Source of the DNA: a virus
Taxonomy: Duplodnaviria; Caudoviricetes
Virus record (IMG/VR): IMGVR_UViG_3300032330_001398
Direction: 5' to 3' (one strand)
DNA: 64,000 nt
The notes beneath the pieces were generated by a model, which saw only the letters and a program-made list of their open reading frames with translations, made no database searches and was not told the DNA's origin. The position numbers were made by a program, and so were the translations under genes. Positions 31,500 to 41,800 of the stretch are shown here, in pieces. The first letter of the stretch is position 1; the number at the start of each line of letters is the position of its first letter.

Positions 31500-32522
31500 T
31501 TAACCGGGAGCGGAATAAAAACCAATATCAAAGCCTTGTTTAGTACATTTTTTAAGGGTGTTGTCCATACCCTCGTTCTTTAGGTGATTCTCTATGTATA
31601 TACACATGTTCTGGTCGGTTCCCGGCCAGTTATTCTTGTAATAGTGGCATAATCTTGTGCATTTCCAACTATCTCTACTTTGTGAGAGTGGTTTTGGGGT
31701 ATTATTAGCTTTTATATCTTCAAATTTACTCTTAAGCATTTTTAAGAATCTACCATGATCAGCTTTATCAAAACACATAGAGAATGGCCCACCATCCTTA
31801 ACAAAAAAGATGGACATTATAGTATGATCATACTGTGGGAATAGCTTGGAAATAGCGTAATTGTATAGAAGTAACTGTGGATCTGAGCATAGTTTTTCAT
31901 ATGTTTTTTCTTCACCAGTAGCCCAATCTAAACGTCTTCCGGTTTTCCAATCTACTACTTCTATAGTATCTTTTGCTGTTTCGGTAACTAAATCTATAGT
32001 ACCCTTAATAGCCAATTGTCCCTTAATCTTTCTACCGTCTGGAAAATCATACTCATAATGCGCCCAATCTTCATCAATTGGTATATCAAAATGTGGTTCT
32101 GGAGCAACAACGTTTCTATATCGTGGATCAAACTGTCCATTATTATATCTTAATGTGTCCCAAACCAATCCCATACAAGTTTCTTTGTCGCCCTTCGTGA
32201 AACCGTGAGAAGAATTTGATGTATAAAAGTCATAGCTTTTTCCTAAAAGATCTACTATAGTATGATCTTTTAATAAGTCAATTTTCTTAACTTCTACTTC
32301 TCCAAGAGCATCATCTTTTATGTATAGAGTTTGTTTGCGAGGATTATCTTGGTTATATTTTTTTAATCCGGCAAGACTTTCCATTACCTTGTGTACAATA
32401 GTACCAAGTTCTGCCTTTTTACCGCTTGATGGTTGATGCCCCAAAACATATGTAATAAAATACTGCATTTGGCAGTATGAGTAGTTGTTATAGCTTGATG
32501 ATCGTATGTATGTTATTAGCAT
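31500..32522 (-). CDS. PD-(D/E)XK exonuclease (Cas4/RecB-like)
   Basis: GTIVHKVME, GTIDLV, VVDWKTG, QLLLY, plus Cys cluster C..CTRLC..C. Confidence 0.85.
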   Translation of the reverse strand: MLITYIRSSSYNNYSYCQMQYFITYVLGHQPSSGKKAELGTIVHKVMESLAGLKKYNQDNPRKQTLYIKDDALGEVEVKKIDLLKDHTIVDLLGKSYDFYTSNSSHGFTKGDKETCMGLVWDTLRYNNGQFDPRYRNVVAPEPHFDIPIDEDWAHYEYDFPDGRKIKGQLAIKGTIDLVTETAKDTIEVVDWKTGRRLDWATGEEKTYEKLCSDPQLLLYNYAISKLFPQYDHTIMSIFFVKDGGPFSMCFDKADHGRFLKMLKSKFEDIKANNTPKPLSQSRDSWKCTRLCHYYKNNWPGTDQNMCIYIENHLKNEGMDNTLKKCTKQGFDIGFYSAPG

Positions 32523-32523
32523 A

Positions 32524-33264
32524 TTAGTTCCAATACTGTTTGAGATTTTCTACACTGCTACACAAATCCTCAATAGAAGCATTGGAATTATCAATAACAC
32601 TGTCGAATAAAGACCAATCAAAGTTGTTTTCGTCTAGAGCGGTTTCACAGTCAATCTTACTATCATGAACGTTCCTAGTCAACCTAATAACTTTACCGCC
32701 AGCTTCTTTTATTGCGTTAACTTCATTTGGAAATCTAACGTCTGGAATAACGGCTATTTCAGAATTCTCTCTGACTATATTGTTCATGGTAGCTTCGACC
32801 CAAGCATTTGGTTTTATTTTTCGCACTATTTTTGTGCCGAAGTATTCCAAAAACTCTCTATTGGTAATAGTACCAGTTTTCTTTTCTTTTGTTGGAACAT
32901 TTTCCCAAAGAAGTTCGGTTTCCTTGTTTTTGTCATCATCTGTTCCATAAACATTTTGAGGATTTAATCCAAATAGATGAATGGAAATATTTTTTAGTAG
33001 ATCAGCAAAATGATACGTTTTGATATAGGGCCATAGTTCTCTATTAGCATACTCAACAAATTTATCATCTTTTCTGGTTATATCAAATATACCAAATCCC
33101 TCAGTTCCGTTCTCGTCAGTGGTCTTAATAGCCAATTGTCCATCTTCATTGATAAAGAAATCTTGTATCATCTGCTTATTTAACAATATAGAGCCATTTA
33201 TGTAATTAGCAACAGTATTTTTACCAGATTGCTTTTTACCAGATATTCCAATAATTTTAACCAT
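32524..33264 (-). CDS. Deoxynucleoside monophosphate kinase
   Basis: IIGISGKKQSGKNT P-loop; FADLLK; REFLEYFGT; DVRFPNE. Confidence 0.88.
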   Translation of the reverse strand: MVKIIGISGKKQSGKNTVANYINGSILLNKQMIQDFFINEDGQLAIKTTDENGTEGFGIFDITRKDDKFVEYANRELWPYIKTYHFADLLKNISIHLFGLNPQNVYGTDDDKNKETELLWENVPTKEKKTGTITNREFLEYFGTKIVRKIKPNAWVEATMNNIVRENSEIAVIPDVRFPNEVNAIKEAGGKVIRLTRNVHDSKIDCETALDENNFDWSLFDSVIDNSNASIEDLCSSVENLKQYWN

Positions 33265-34283
33265 TAATACGTTCCTTTAACTTGTGGTAGTATCTTCTTT
33301 TCAATTTGATCGATAGACATTTCGCCAATATCTTTAGATGGTAATTTGGGAAATGTTAACTTGAAAGACCTTCCAAGCTGTCTTTGTATTTGTGTTTTTG
33401 ATTCTCTTCCAGCTTGATCATTATCAGTCAATATTATAAGATGTGTTATTGGCATCTTTAATAATTTGTCTTCCTGTTCTTTTGTGATTGTTTTTCCCAA
33501 TATCCCAACAACGTTTTCTATTCCAGCTTCATATAATCTCCAGACATCGCCCTGTCCTTCTACTAAAAATAAGCAACCGATTGATGATGCTTTTTTAATA
33601 GCTCTATGGTGATTGTAAAAAAAATATCTTTTGTCAAAACCTTTTGGATTGAATAGAAATTTTGGTAATTTATAGTCTTTTATTGATCTTCCTATTAGGG
33701 AAACTAGTTTGCTTCCATCGTCGTTGTGTATCGGTATGATTGCTCTATCATAGAGCTTTGATTTGGGATTAACACAGTCTCCAACTCCAAAATATTCCAA
33801 AGTTTCTTTTTTGAAACCCCTTGATATAAAATATGGTGATGGAATTTTGATATCACATTCTGCATTTATTTCATTATGTTCTTTTTGCTGTATAGATGAG
33901 TTTAGTAGTGACACAAGCTCTACGAATTCATTTGGTTCTTCTATAGCCTGTTTATGCTGCACCTTGCCGCGTTTTAAATCTAATAGGTCGCAGGACCACT
34001 TTAAAGCCTCTTTAAAACCAACATCAACCCCTTCGCTACTTGATAAAGCTCCTCGTATTATACCGAAAATATCATTATTGTACTGATGCTGACAATCCCT
34101 AGTCCAACATTTCCATATTCCCTTATCTATAGAATATGAGAATGCTCTTGGATTATCACTTCCTTCATGTACTGGACATTTTGAGTAGATATTGTCTCCT
34201 AGTATCTCGTACTCCATATCCAATTTTTTAAAGACTATCTCAGCTTTACTGTTCAAGAGAATCTTGAGTTTGTGTAAGTCCAT
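33264..34283 (-). CDS. dnaG: DNA primase (Zn finger plus TOPRIM)
   Basis: CPVH..WKCWT Zn finger; LVEGQGD and DNDQAG TOPRIM motifs. Confidence 0.9.
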   Translation of the reverse strand: MDLHKLKILLNSKAEIVFKKLDMEYEILGDNIYSKCPVHEGSDNPRAFSYSIDKGIWKCWTRDCQHQYNNDIFGIIRGALSSSEGVDVGFKEALKWSCDLLDLKRGKVQHKQAIEEPNEFVELVSLLNSSIQQKEHNEINAECDIKIPSPYFISRGFKKETLEYFGVGDCVNPKSKLYDRAIIPIHNDDGSKLVSLIGRSIKDYKLPKFLFNPKGFDKRYFFYNHHRAIKKASSIGCLFLVEGQGDVWRLYEAGIENVVGILGKTITKEQEDKLLKMPITHLIILTDNDQAGRESKTQIQRQLGRSFKLTFPKLPSKDIGEMSIDQIEKKILPQVKGTY

Positions 34284-35727
34284 CTTGTATTCTTATCTTT
34301 ATAAGTGATTCGTTGTCAGCCAAGCCCGTATCGCCAGTTGGTTGATTCTTAAATTCGTTACGTGTTTTTAATTCTCTCAGTTTAGCATGTGACCCATTCA
34401 TTACCATGTTGATATAATCTCCATCATCTAAACCGGCACCATGTCTTGAAACAATTGGTACAAGTTTTCTATTACCAGCATTTGGACCATCTTCTGCCAA
34501 TTCTTCTGGAGATTTGATTTTAAATATAGAGAATGATGTACATAGCCAGATCAATCTATCTGAACCAGAAACAGCGTCCGTACTTTCTTTAGTTATACCG
34601 TCGCGGTTCAACTGTACAAATGATAAACATGGAATATCAAGTTTGACACATAGATTATGCAGCGAAGTAATTTGAAAACCAAGAGCTTGATATTCTTGTA
34701 TATTATTAGTGATAGAATTGGATGACATTAGTTTTAAATAGTCATATATAATCAGACAATCATTAGTTTTATTGTATTCGTCAGTCTTAACCTCTTGAAT
34801 CACCCATCTCTTAATTAGATTTAGTATTTGTTCAAACGGTTTTCCAGCAACGCTAATGTAAGAGTATGGAATAGATTCTAGAACCTTCATGGCATCTATT
34901 ACTTTTTCATTCTTTTCATCATCATCTATAAACCTTCCAGTAGCAATATCATTAATAGGAACACCGCTGATATTAGCTAACAATCTATTTAAATGATCCT
35001 CTTTGCTCATTTCTGTATCAAGCATTAGTACTGGAGTTCCCGCTTTTGCTACATTAAGGGCGACATTATCAGCAAATACCGACTTTCCAACTTTTGGTCT
35101 TGCAGAAACAAGATCCACGCACTTACGTCGCAAACCACCACCAATGGCTTCATCGTACTTGCTGAATCCAGTGGGAATACCGATAATATCACATTTGTTT
35201 TCTTGTAAGAATTGGATGTATTCATTGATATCTTTACCTATTTTTTGCGGAACATCTCCACCATCATCTTCTCTTAAAAATTCTGTTACGGGATTCTCTA
35301 ATATTTGTATAATATCGTTGATAGACTCAGACCCCGTTACATTATCCATATCTTTATGGACTTTTGCTGTTAATAGTTTAATCTTACGAGCAAATTCAAA
35401 CTTCTTGATTTGTAATGCGAAGTTTACAATATTATCTTTATTTACTGGGAAATCGAATAAAGATTTGATATACTTTAACTCTTGAGTTGTATTTATACTC
35501 TCAGACAAATCCAACTGAGATGCTGCTGATAGAATTGAGGGAATATCAACTTTTTGATCACTAACAATAATACGTTCTATGCACTTATATAGTATTTGAT
35601 TATTAGTATGACCAAATGTTTCATGGTTAATCAAATGAGATATAGCAACATATGAATCAACCCCATACTGTAGCAGCGAAGCTAAAACAGCACGTTCTGA
35701 ACCAATATCTGTAAGTTTAACATCCAT
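34246..35727 (-). CDS. dnaB: Replicative DNA helicase
   Basis: GIPTGF, ARPKVGKS Walker A, DTEM, IYDYLKLM, QLNR; likely start MDVKL. Confidence 0.92.
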   Translation of the reverse strand: MDVKLTDIGSERAVLASLLQYGVDSYVAISHLINHETFGHTNNQILYKCIERIIVSDQKVDIPSILSAASQLDLSESINTTQELKYIKSLFDFPVNKDNIVNFALQIKKFEFARKIKLLTAKVHKDMDNVTGSESINDIIQILENPVTEFLREDDGGDVPQKIGKDINEYIQFLQENKCDIIGIPTGFSKYDEAIGGGLRRKCVDLVSARPKVGKSVFADNVALNVAKAGTPVLMLDTEMSKEDHLNRLLANISGVPINDIATGRFIDDDEKNEKVIDAMKVLESIPYSYISVAGKPFEQILNLIKRWVIQEVKTDEYNKTNDCLIIYDYLKLMSSNSITNNIQEYQALGFQITSLHNLCVKLDIPCLSFVQLNRDGITKESTDAVSGSDRLIWLCTSFSIFKIKSPEELAEDGPNAGNRKLVPIVSRHGAGLDDGDYINMVMNGSHAKLRELKTRNEFKNQPTGDTGLADNESLIKIRIQDGLTQTQDSLEQ

Positions 35728-35729
35728 AT

Positions 35730-36176
35730 TTATTTTCCAACACATCTATTACAACGATGGTACTCTCCAAATACAAACCTTTGATCAGCCTTAAATGATC
35801 GTCCACACACATGACATTCTACATCAATTTTCTTTGGTGCTTCACGCTTTCTTGGGCTGGGTGTTAGATCATAATCTGGAGAATTTACATCTCTAAATTC
35901 ACCCGTATCTTTCCACTCATTCTTTCTAGCTCTCACTGGTTCTTTTCTCCTATTTTGAGAATCTTTTGATTCTGCTCTTGTTACTGTAAAATCATGATCC
36001 ACAACAATTTGTGGAGGCTCCTTTGGCAAGTCTTTTTTAATATTCTTAGTTTTTGACTTGATTATTTTCTTGTCTTTATCTGGAGGGCTTTGTGACTCTA
36101 CAGAACTCAATAAAGCCCCAGCTAATTGTTTCTTTTGCTCATCAGTTAGTGAGTTAAAAAAATTATTTAGGTCCAT
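35730..36176 (-). CDS. Hypothetical protein with C-terminal Zn ribbon
   Basis: CHVC...CNRC. Confidence 0.55.
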   Translation of the reverse strand: MDLNNFFNSLTDEQKKQLAGALLSSVESQSPPDKDKKIIKSKTKNIKKDLPKEPPQIVVDHDFTVTRAESKDSQNRRKEPVRARKNEWKDTGEFRDVNSPDYDLTPSPRKREAPKKIDVECHVCGRSFKADQRFVFGEYHRCNRCVGK

Positions 36177-36652
36177 TATAACCTCTTAGCCTTTTCTAGT
36201 AGTATGTCTGCTTTACGTTTTAGTTCATATACTTTTCCATCCAAAGCTTGTAGTCTAGCTTCTGCAACTTCACGCATTTTATCTACTGACGCTGCATAGT
36301 TATTATCTTTAATAATGATCTGTCTTTTAACTTCATGCTTAGTATATTGACCAAACTCATCATTATGTGCAACAACTAGTTTTTCTAATTGATCATTACA
36401 CCAATTGAAAGCTATTTTGTTTTTATTGATTTCATCTTGGATATATGTTGAATAAGCATATAGTGTATAAGCTGCATCAAAAGCTTCCTGCTGTGTTAGC
36501 TTCTTTAAATCATCCAAGGATAAATTAGCAGTTAATAGGTATTCCTCTCTAAATGAAGAAAACTTTGTATTACTAAGATCAATGTAAGATGCAATTTGAC
36601 TTATATGTTCTGATAACTTGTCAGATGCCTTTAATGCGTTCTCTCCACTCAT
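36176..36652 (-). CDS. Helical hypothetical protein (possible UvsY-like recombination mediator)
   Basis: Coiled-coil protein two genes downstream of recA; function is inferred from context only. Confidence 0.4.
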   Translation of the reverse strand: MSGENALKASDKLSEHISQIASYIDLSNTKFSSFREEYLLTANLSLDDLKKLTQQEAFDAAYTLYAYSTYIQDEINKNKIAFNWCNDQLEKLVVAHNDEFGQYTKHEVKRQIIIKDNNYAASVDKMREVAEARLQALDGKVYELKRKADILLEKAKRL

Positions 36653-37043
36653 GGTCACTTTCTGAAAATTTGAGGATAACAATGTCAATATCGTTCAACT
36701 GGCACCACTCTATTTTATCTTCATCGCGGGCTTTTGCCTTTAAAAAATCGGCTTTGCTTTTATGAAAAAATGGAAAGTATTCATAATGCTGTTCACCGTG
36801 AACTTCAAAAGCTCTTTTAATTGATGGAATATAAAAGTCAAGATAAAGAACCGATTTTCTATTTAAAGCTGTACTTCCCGGTAATTTAACTTCTTCAAGA
36901 ATTCTATAGCTATGATAGATTTCTTTTAATAAGTTCCTAGCACGAATATGATATCTTGATCGTTTGCGTGAGTCATCGTAAAAAATATCATACTTCGTAA
37001 GATTCCAAACGTATTCCTTACCATTAATACCTTTTACTTTCAA
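36621..37043 (-). CDS. DUF559/Vsr-like PD-(D/E)XK nuclease
   Basis: LYLDFYIP..AFEVHGEQHY..RDEDKIEWC. Confidence 0.75.
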   Translation of the reverse strand: MKVKGINGKEYVWNLTKYDIFYDDSRKRSRYHIRARNLLKEIYHSYRILEEVKLPGSTALNRKSVLYLDFYIPSIKRAFEVHGEQHYEYFPFFHKSKADFLKAKARDEDKIEWCQLNDIDIVILKFSESDHEWRERIKGI

Positions 37044-38143
37044 TGTAGCTCCTTGATCTTTTCATAGATGAATGATGCTATTTTGGGATTGTTATTTAGG
37101 AAATCGGCAACAGCATTTACACCTTGGAATTTAAAAAACCTTTCAATGTCCTCATTAGTTTTACCAATCTTATTATCCTCAAGAATTTGCACAATGGTTG
37201 GATGATTTGGTTCGTCAACAGCGGATTGAATTGTATACCAAGCTCCAGCGGCCTTAATTAACCTAAATTCACAAGCAATGTGAATAATTTCTTGAACCTC
37301 ATCAATACCAATTCCATATTTAATCCAACTTTCTGCTGTGCTATTTGGTCTACCGCCAGCACAAGAAGTTTTAATAGCCCAGTTTGCAATCTGACCAACG
37401 TGCGGTCCAGTATCTTTAGGAACTTGCCACTTACCTCTATGGGTAATAACCATATTGGTTCCAGCTTGATATTGCAACATATTACCACAGTCTGCCATTT
37501 TCTGCGGAGCATATGGAGAACCGCCAGTATTAGCAATATTATGAGTAATACAAACGAGAATAGTCTTATTCTTCATAAGAGTGCCGCTGATTCTCTTAAA
37601 AAACATAGATAGAAGTCGTGGTAGAGCATTTCTAACACCAGTTCTAACTTCGCCTTCAAGTTCAACTGCTGGCACCATGTTGGACAAAGAATCTGCTATA
37701 ATAAGACAACCGGGATCGTTGTTAATATAACTCTCAATGATGTTTAAAAAATCTTCTGCTGATAGAACTCTTTCATCTGTTGATTCAATAATCAAAATAT
37801 TGTCAGCATTAAGATTTTTAATACCAATGAAGTTTTGCTTTGATAATCTTCCCTCTGTATTTACGTAGATCACTCTTTTATTTTTCTGTTGACATTTAGC
37901 TGCAAAATGTAGTGCCGTAGTTGTCTTTCCGCTCTTTGGGTCGCCGGTCATAACAACAACGGAACCTTCTCGTAGACCGCCACCTAGAGCAATATCCAAT
38001 GCTGGAGACACGCCAATAACATTGAGATTATTGATATTCTCTAAAACCTCTGTTCCACTTCTAACAACATCTCCATATTTATTAACAATATTGTTGCTCA
38101 CCAAATCTTCTGTAAACTTACTCGACTTTTTTACTTTGCTCAT
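37040..38143 (-). CDS. recA: RecA/UvsX-like recombinase
   Basis: LDIALGGG, GDPKSGKTT, IIADS, IKAAGAWY. Confidence 0.9.
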   Translation of the reverse strand: MSKVKKSSKFTEDLVSNNIVNKYGDVVRSGTEVLENINNLNVIGVSPALDIALGGGLREGSVVVMTGDPKSGKTTTALHFAAKCQQKNKRVIYVNTEGRLSKQNFIGIKNLNADNILIIESTDERVLSAEDFLNIIESYINNDPGCLIIADSLSNMVPAVELEGEVRTGVRNALPRLLSMFFKRISGTLMKNKTILVCITHNIANTGGSPYAPQKMADCGNMLQYQAGTNMVITHRGKWQVPKDTGPHVGQIANWAIKTSCAGGRPNSTAESWIKYGIGIDEVQEIIHIACEFRLIKAAGAWYTIQSAVDEPNHPTIVQILEDNKIGKTNEDIERFFKFQGVNAVADFLNNNPKIASFIYEKIKELH

Positions 38144-38664
38144 AGATTCCTCAATTGACTAATGGTTGGTTTCTTACCTGTATTATAGCTCTGAGTCGCT
38201 CTGGTTTCAAGTTTTTTTTCTTCAACTCGTTGCTCAAGATCAACTATTACTTTATTTTTCTTATCGTCTATTATCTTTTGATGTTTGGCTATTACTTTTT
38301 CAGCTTCTGGATTTATTTTATACCCTCTTCCATTTTGGATTCCGATAACTAATAGTCTATCAAAATCCTTTGATTTGATAGCTGATAATATAGCTTCTTC
38401 GCTATATTTCTTTTTAAGCTGAACTGCTGCGCCGTGTTGCTTTTTCCAAAGCCAATGCAAAGGATCACCCTTTGTCCAAAATTTGTAAGATGGCTTACCT
38501 TCGTTTAACTTTTCGGATCTTCTCAATACTATAAATTCAGCAACGTAAGCTTCAAAAGTACAATGTTCACCAGTATGTATATGTTTGTATTTATGTGTTT
38601 CTGACCATTCTTTTTGGTAATCTTTATTGAATAGCTCTGGTTTGTTTGGTTTCTTCTTTGTCAT
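38140..38664 (-). CDS. Hypothetical protein
   Basis: 174 aa basic ORF, coupled to neighbours. Confidence 0.55.
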   Translation of the reverse strand: MTKKKPNKPELFNKDYQKEWSETHKYKHIHTGEHCTFEAYVAEFIVLRRSEKLNEGKPSYKFWTKGDPLHWLWKKQHGAAVQLKKKYSEEAILSAIKSKDFDRLLVIGIQNGRGYKINPEAEKVIAKHQKIIDDKKNKVIVDLEQRVEEKKLETRATQSYNTGKKPTISQLRNL

Positions 38665-39070
38665 ATAATATCAATGCTTCCATAAAACATTTGTCAATCG
38701 GATCTTCATCTTTTAAATCTTCAATTAGTTCTGGAGTAATCCACATTGTTTTTTTTACAATGTCTCCATATACTTTACCTATAGTTATAGCTTGTTTAGT
38801 ACTCTCCCCAAAGGTGCCTTTTAGTGACCTAACCAAGTATACACCATCAACATTACTGGTGTCAACTTCAACATAGTGTGATTTATACTGTAATCCCAGC
38901 TTATTGACTTTTAATTTTTTTGAGTCACAAATTTTTTTTAATTCCATCCAACTATTATGATTTGGTAGATAATATTCTATATCATTAGATAATGACACTC
39001 TTATCCATATATTGTATTTATTTTTACGATATTCTTCAAGCCATTGATCATGAGATGTTATAAAATTCAT
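38624..39070 (-). CDS. Hypothetical protein
   Basis: 148 aa ORF in the operon. Confidence 0.55.
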   Translation of the reverse strand: MNFITSHDQWLEEYRKNKYNIWIRVSLSNDIEYYLPNHNSWMELKKICDSKKLKVNKLGLQYKSHYVEVDTSNVDGVYLVRSLKGTFGESTKQAITIGKVYGDIVKKTMWITPELIEDLKDEDPIDKCFMEALILYDKEETKQTRAIQ

Positions 39071-39071
39071 A

Positions 39072-39707
39072 TTATCTAATCACTTTATTTTGTAGGGCAT
39101 CTTTCAAATATTTTATTCGTTCTTCTCTTGGATAAATACTACATGGGTGATAAACTAAATGGCCACTTTTCCAATTATTTCCCGGTGGCCCCCATATTTC
39201 TGAACTTGCTGGTAAATTCCACTCCACAGAATTAAATGATCCTACAGGAGCGATAGTTAACATATTGTCGAGCGCATTGGAATTAATACCAAGCCAACTC
39301 TGCCATTGTGCTGGCAAATCTTTCCACTGTTCTTTATAAATAGATATCAATTGTAATAAAGTTTTAGTTTGAAGTGTATTTTTCATTACTATTGATCCAC
39401 AATTTATTTTATTCCAATATACCATTCCTTCTTCACAAACTGTAACATGGTCGCCAAGACATGGTAAAGTATGAATTGATATATTCATATTTGTTATAAT
39501 AGCATCGGCATCCAAAGCCCAAACAATATCATATTCATCAAATAAATGAATCAAAGCATGTGGACGATTAACAGCGTCCTCATATTTTTGGTTTTTTATT
39601 ATTAAAGAATAATCATGTTTTAAACAATACTCTAGTTTATTTTGAGTTGTTAGTTCCGCTATTTCTGATATATTTGAAGAAATACTAGTAAATAATGCTA
39701 ATTTCAT
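39072..39707 (-). CDS. Glycosyltransferase GT34-like (GMA12/MNN10)
   Basis: NKLEYCLKHDY; WALDADAIITN; INCGSIVMKN; LVYH. Confidence 0.78.
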   Translation of the reverse strand: MKLALFTSISSNISEIAELTTQNKLEYCLKHDYSLIIKNQKYEDAVNRPHALIHLFDEYDIVWALDADAIITNMNISIHTLPCLGDHVTVCEEGMVYWNKINCGSIVMKNTLQTKTLLQLISIYKEQWKDLPAQWQSWLGINSNALDNMLTIAPVGSFNSVEWNLPASSEIWGPPGNNWKSGHLVYHPCSIYPREERIKYLKDALQNKVIR

Positions 39708-39708
39708 G

Positions 39709-40005
39709 CTATTGTTTTATTTTGGTTACACAAGACATAGTTTTTGTTGGTAATGGAGATCTCTTTCTTTTTTCATCAATCATTGAAGAAGCATTTTCTG
39801 TCATAACCGTTGTTCCATGCTGTCTAGCAAATTGCTCACTAGTTAAGGTTTTCTTGTTTTTTAAAGCTTTTGCTATGTAGCTTTCTACTGAGGATTGAGG
39901 TCTATTCAAATCTACAGCAATAGATTCTACACTTGTGCCAAGTTTAACTTGAGCATCGACATAAAAAGTTTCAACTTTGCTTAGTGGTCCTTTTTTATTA
40001 GCCAT
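39709..40005 (-). CDS. Hypothetical protein (possible HTH)
   Basis: SVESIAVDLNRPQSSVESYI. Confidence 0.5.
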   Translation of the reverse strand: MANKKGPLSKVETFYVDAQVKLGTSVESIAVDLNRPQSSVESYIAKALKNKKTLTSEQFARQHGTTVMTENASSMIDEKRKRSPLPTKTMSCVTKIKQ

Positions 40006-40333
40006 TGATAAAACTCCTTTGAGCCTTTGTCATATATAATTTATTACGTGTTTTTAAATAAGTAACATAGCTTTCAAATGTTTCTTTAGATACATTTTTA
40101 AGTTCTGTTCTTAAATATGTTTCCCTGTGTGAATATGGCCCATTAGGATCATATGGAACATTATTATGTGTTCGTACAAAATATTTGATCTGGTTTGTGT
40201 CTCCTAGATCAATAACGACAGATTTTGCGAAAGCTTTCTTTTCATCTTGAATGTCTTGTCCGGTTCTATCAACCATAGAAGTTTCAGATGGTTTTACAAA
40301 ATCTTCTTTTTTAAATTGTTCAACAAATTTCAT
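39998..40333 (-). CDS. Hypothetical protein
   Basis: 111 aa ORF in the operon. Confidence 0.55.
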   Translation of the reverse strand: MKFVEQFKKEDFVKPSETSMVDRTGQDIQDEKKAFAKSVVIDLGDTNQIKYFVRTHNNVPYDPNGPYSHRETYLRTELKNVSKETFESYVTYLKTRNKLYMTKAQRSFING

Positions 40334-40692
40334 TTCTTGCCTTCCATAATATATTTCTTTTTCTGAGCGGGAGTCATCTTATTAATTTCTTTGCTCGTTG
40401 CTGGCGTGTCAGAACCGAAGGAAGAAAAGTAAGGAGTTTCCTTCTCACTCTTCTCCTTCGCTTCTGTTTCGATTTCCGACCTTTTATAATGGCCCATATT
40501 GGACCAATTTCTATCACCTAACTGTCCTAACGTTTTAACGTCTTTTACTAAGGTCGCTATCCCACCATATATTACCCGCTGTAGACCATCTTTTCCACAT
40601 CTTGGACATGTAATTAGAGCATCGTCTTTAATGGATTGTTGAACATCACGTAGTTCACCTCCACATTTCTCGCAAATATAATCGTACAACAT
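40330..40692 (-). CDS. FmdB-family zinc-ribbon protein
   Basis: YDYICEKCG...CPRCG..LQRVI. Confidence 0.8.
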   Translation of the reverse strand: MLYDYICEKCGGELRDVQQSIKDDALITCPRCGKDGLQRVIYGGIATLVKDVKTLGQLGDRNWSNMGHYKRSEIETEAKEKSEKETPYFSSFGSDTPATSKEINKMTPAQKKKYIMEGKK

Positions 40693-40701
40693 GTATTTTC
40701 C

Positions 40702-41400
40702 TTATGATTCTAAAGCCATTAAGACCCTTCCTATTATACCATTTCTCTGGATATCTTGGTAATCTAAAGTACAAATTCCTATACCTTGCAATCCGGCAAG
40801 TCTTTCGAGACAGTAATATAATCCACTATCTCTATATAGGTCAGTTTGTTTAGTATCACCATTAATAATTACCTTTGAATTCTCGCCCATTCTTGTAATA
40901 AACATCTTGATTTGGTCAAGAGTACAATTCTGAGCTTCGTCAAGAATCATATAGGCATTATGGAAGGTTGCCCCTCTCATGGTTTCTAATGGTTCAAAAC
41001 GAATTCTTCTAGTATTATAATATAATCCAAATTTATCTCTTCCTAAGAAATATTTGAGATTTTCCTCCATTGGAGCTAGATAAGGTTTAATTTTATCATT
41101 TAATTCTCCCGGTAATGATCCAATATCTTTACCAGTACATACTAAAGGTCTAGTAACAATGATAGAGTCAATCTTATCTTTCTGAATATGATCAGAAGCT
41201 ATACCAGCAGCTATAAAAGACTTGCCAGTACCAGACGGTCCAGTGCAGAACGTAACATCGTTTTCTATAATAGATCTGATGTAATCTTTTTGATTCTCCG
41301 TTTTGGCGACAAGAACATTGGTTTGAGAAGTTTTTTGCTTCTTACGATTTTCTTTGTTGGTATTCTTCGATTTGTCGAATTTATTTGCCGCTGCTGCCAA
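40702..41400 (-). CDS. phoH: PhoH-like ATPase
   Basis: GPSGTGKS, IGSLPG, MRGATF, DEAQN, GDTKQTD. Confidence 0.93.
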   Translation of the reverse strand: MAAAANKFDKSKNTNKENRKKQKTSQTNVLVAKTENQKDYIRSIIENDVTFCTGPSGTGKSFIAAGIASDHIQKDKIDSIIVTRPLVCTGKDIGSLPGELNDKIKPYLAPMEENLKYFLGRDKFGLYYNTRRIRFEPLETMRGATFHNAYMILDEAQNCTLDQIKMFITRMGENSKVIINGDTKQTDLYRDSGLYYCLERLAGLQGIGICTLDYQDIQRNGIIGRVLMALES

Positions 41401-41800
41401 AGCCGTTGTCTCCTCGTTGCGAGGAACCTAGCCCTTCTTGATTAATCATCATGACGCGAGGAACCTCTTGGAATATAATCTGCGCGATTCTATCCCCATG
41501 ATTTATTGATACATTTTCATCTGATGTATTGTATAAACAAACCATGATTTCTCCTCTATAACCAGAGTCTATAACTCCAGCTAACACATCTATCCCTTGT
41601 TTAACAGATAATCCAGATCGTGGCCAGATTAAACCGACCATATTTTCTGGAATCTCAAGTGCTATCCCCGTTTTGACAGTTTTTCGTTGTTTAGATGGAA
41701 TTACAGTATCTACAGTTGAGTATAAATCCCATCCAGCATCATTTTCATTTGCTTTAGTTGGTACTGTGGCACCTACATCTAACAATTTAACATTAATCAT
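41381..41800 (-). CDS. dut: Trimeric dUTPase
   Basis: AGWDL, PRSGL, GVIDSGYRGE, RIAQ, RGDNGFGSSG. Confidence 0.95.
   Translation of the reverse strand: MINVKLLDVGATVPTKANENDAGWDLYSTVDTVIPSKQRKTVKTGIALEIPENMVGLIWPRSGLSVKQGIDVLAGVIDSGYRGEIMVCLYNTSDENVSINHGDRIAQIIFQEVPRVMMINQEGLGSSQRGDNGFGSSGK

Noticed and set aside
31500-32522. CRISPR-Cas locus suggested by the Cas4-like nuclease
   Set aside because: No repeat-spacer array or other cas genes. Stand-alone Cas4/RecB-like exonucleases are common in phage replication modules.
35003-35485. 160 aa + strand ORF and the many other short opposite-strand ORFs in the track
   Set aside because: They lie antisense to well-supported genes (here dnaB), with no RBS or recognisable motifs.
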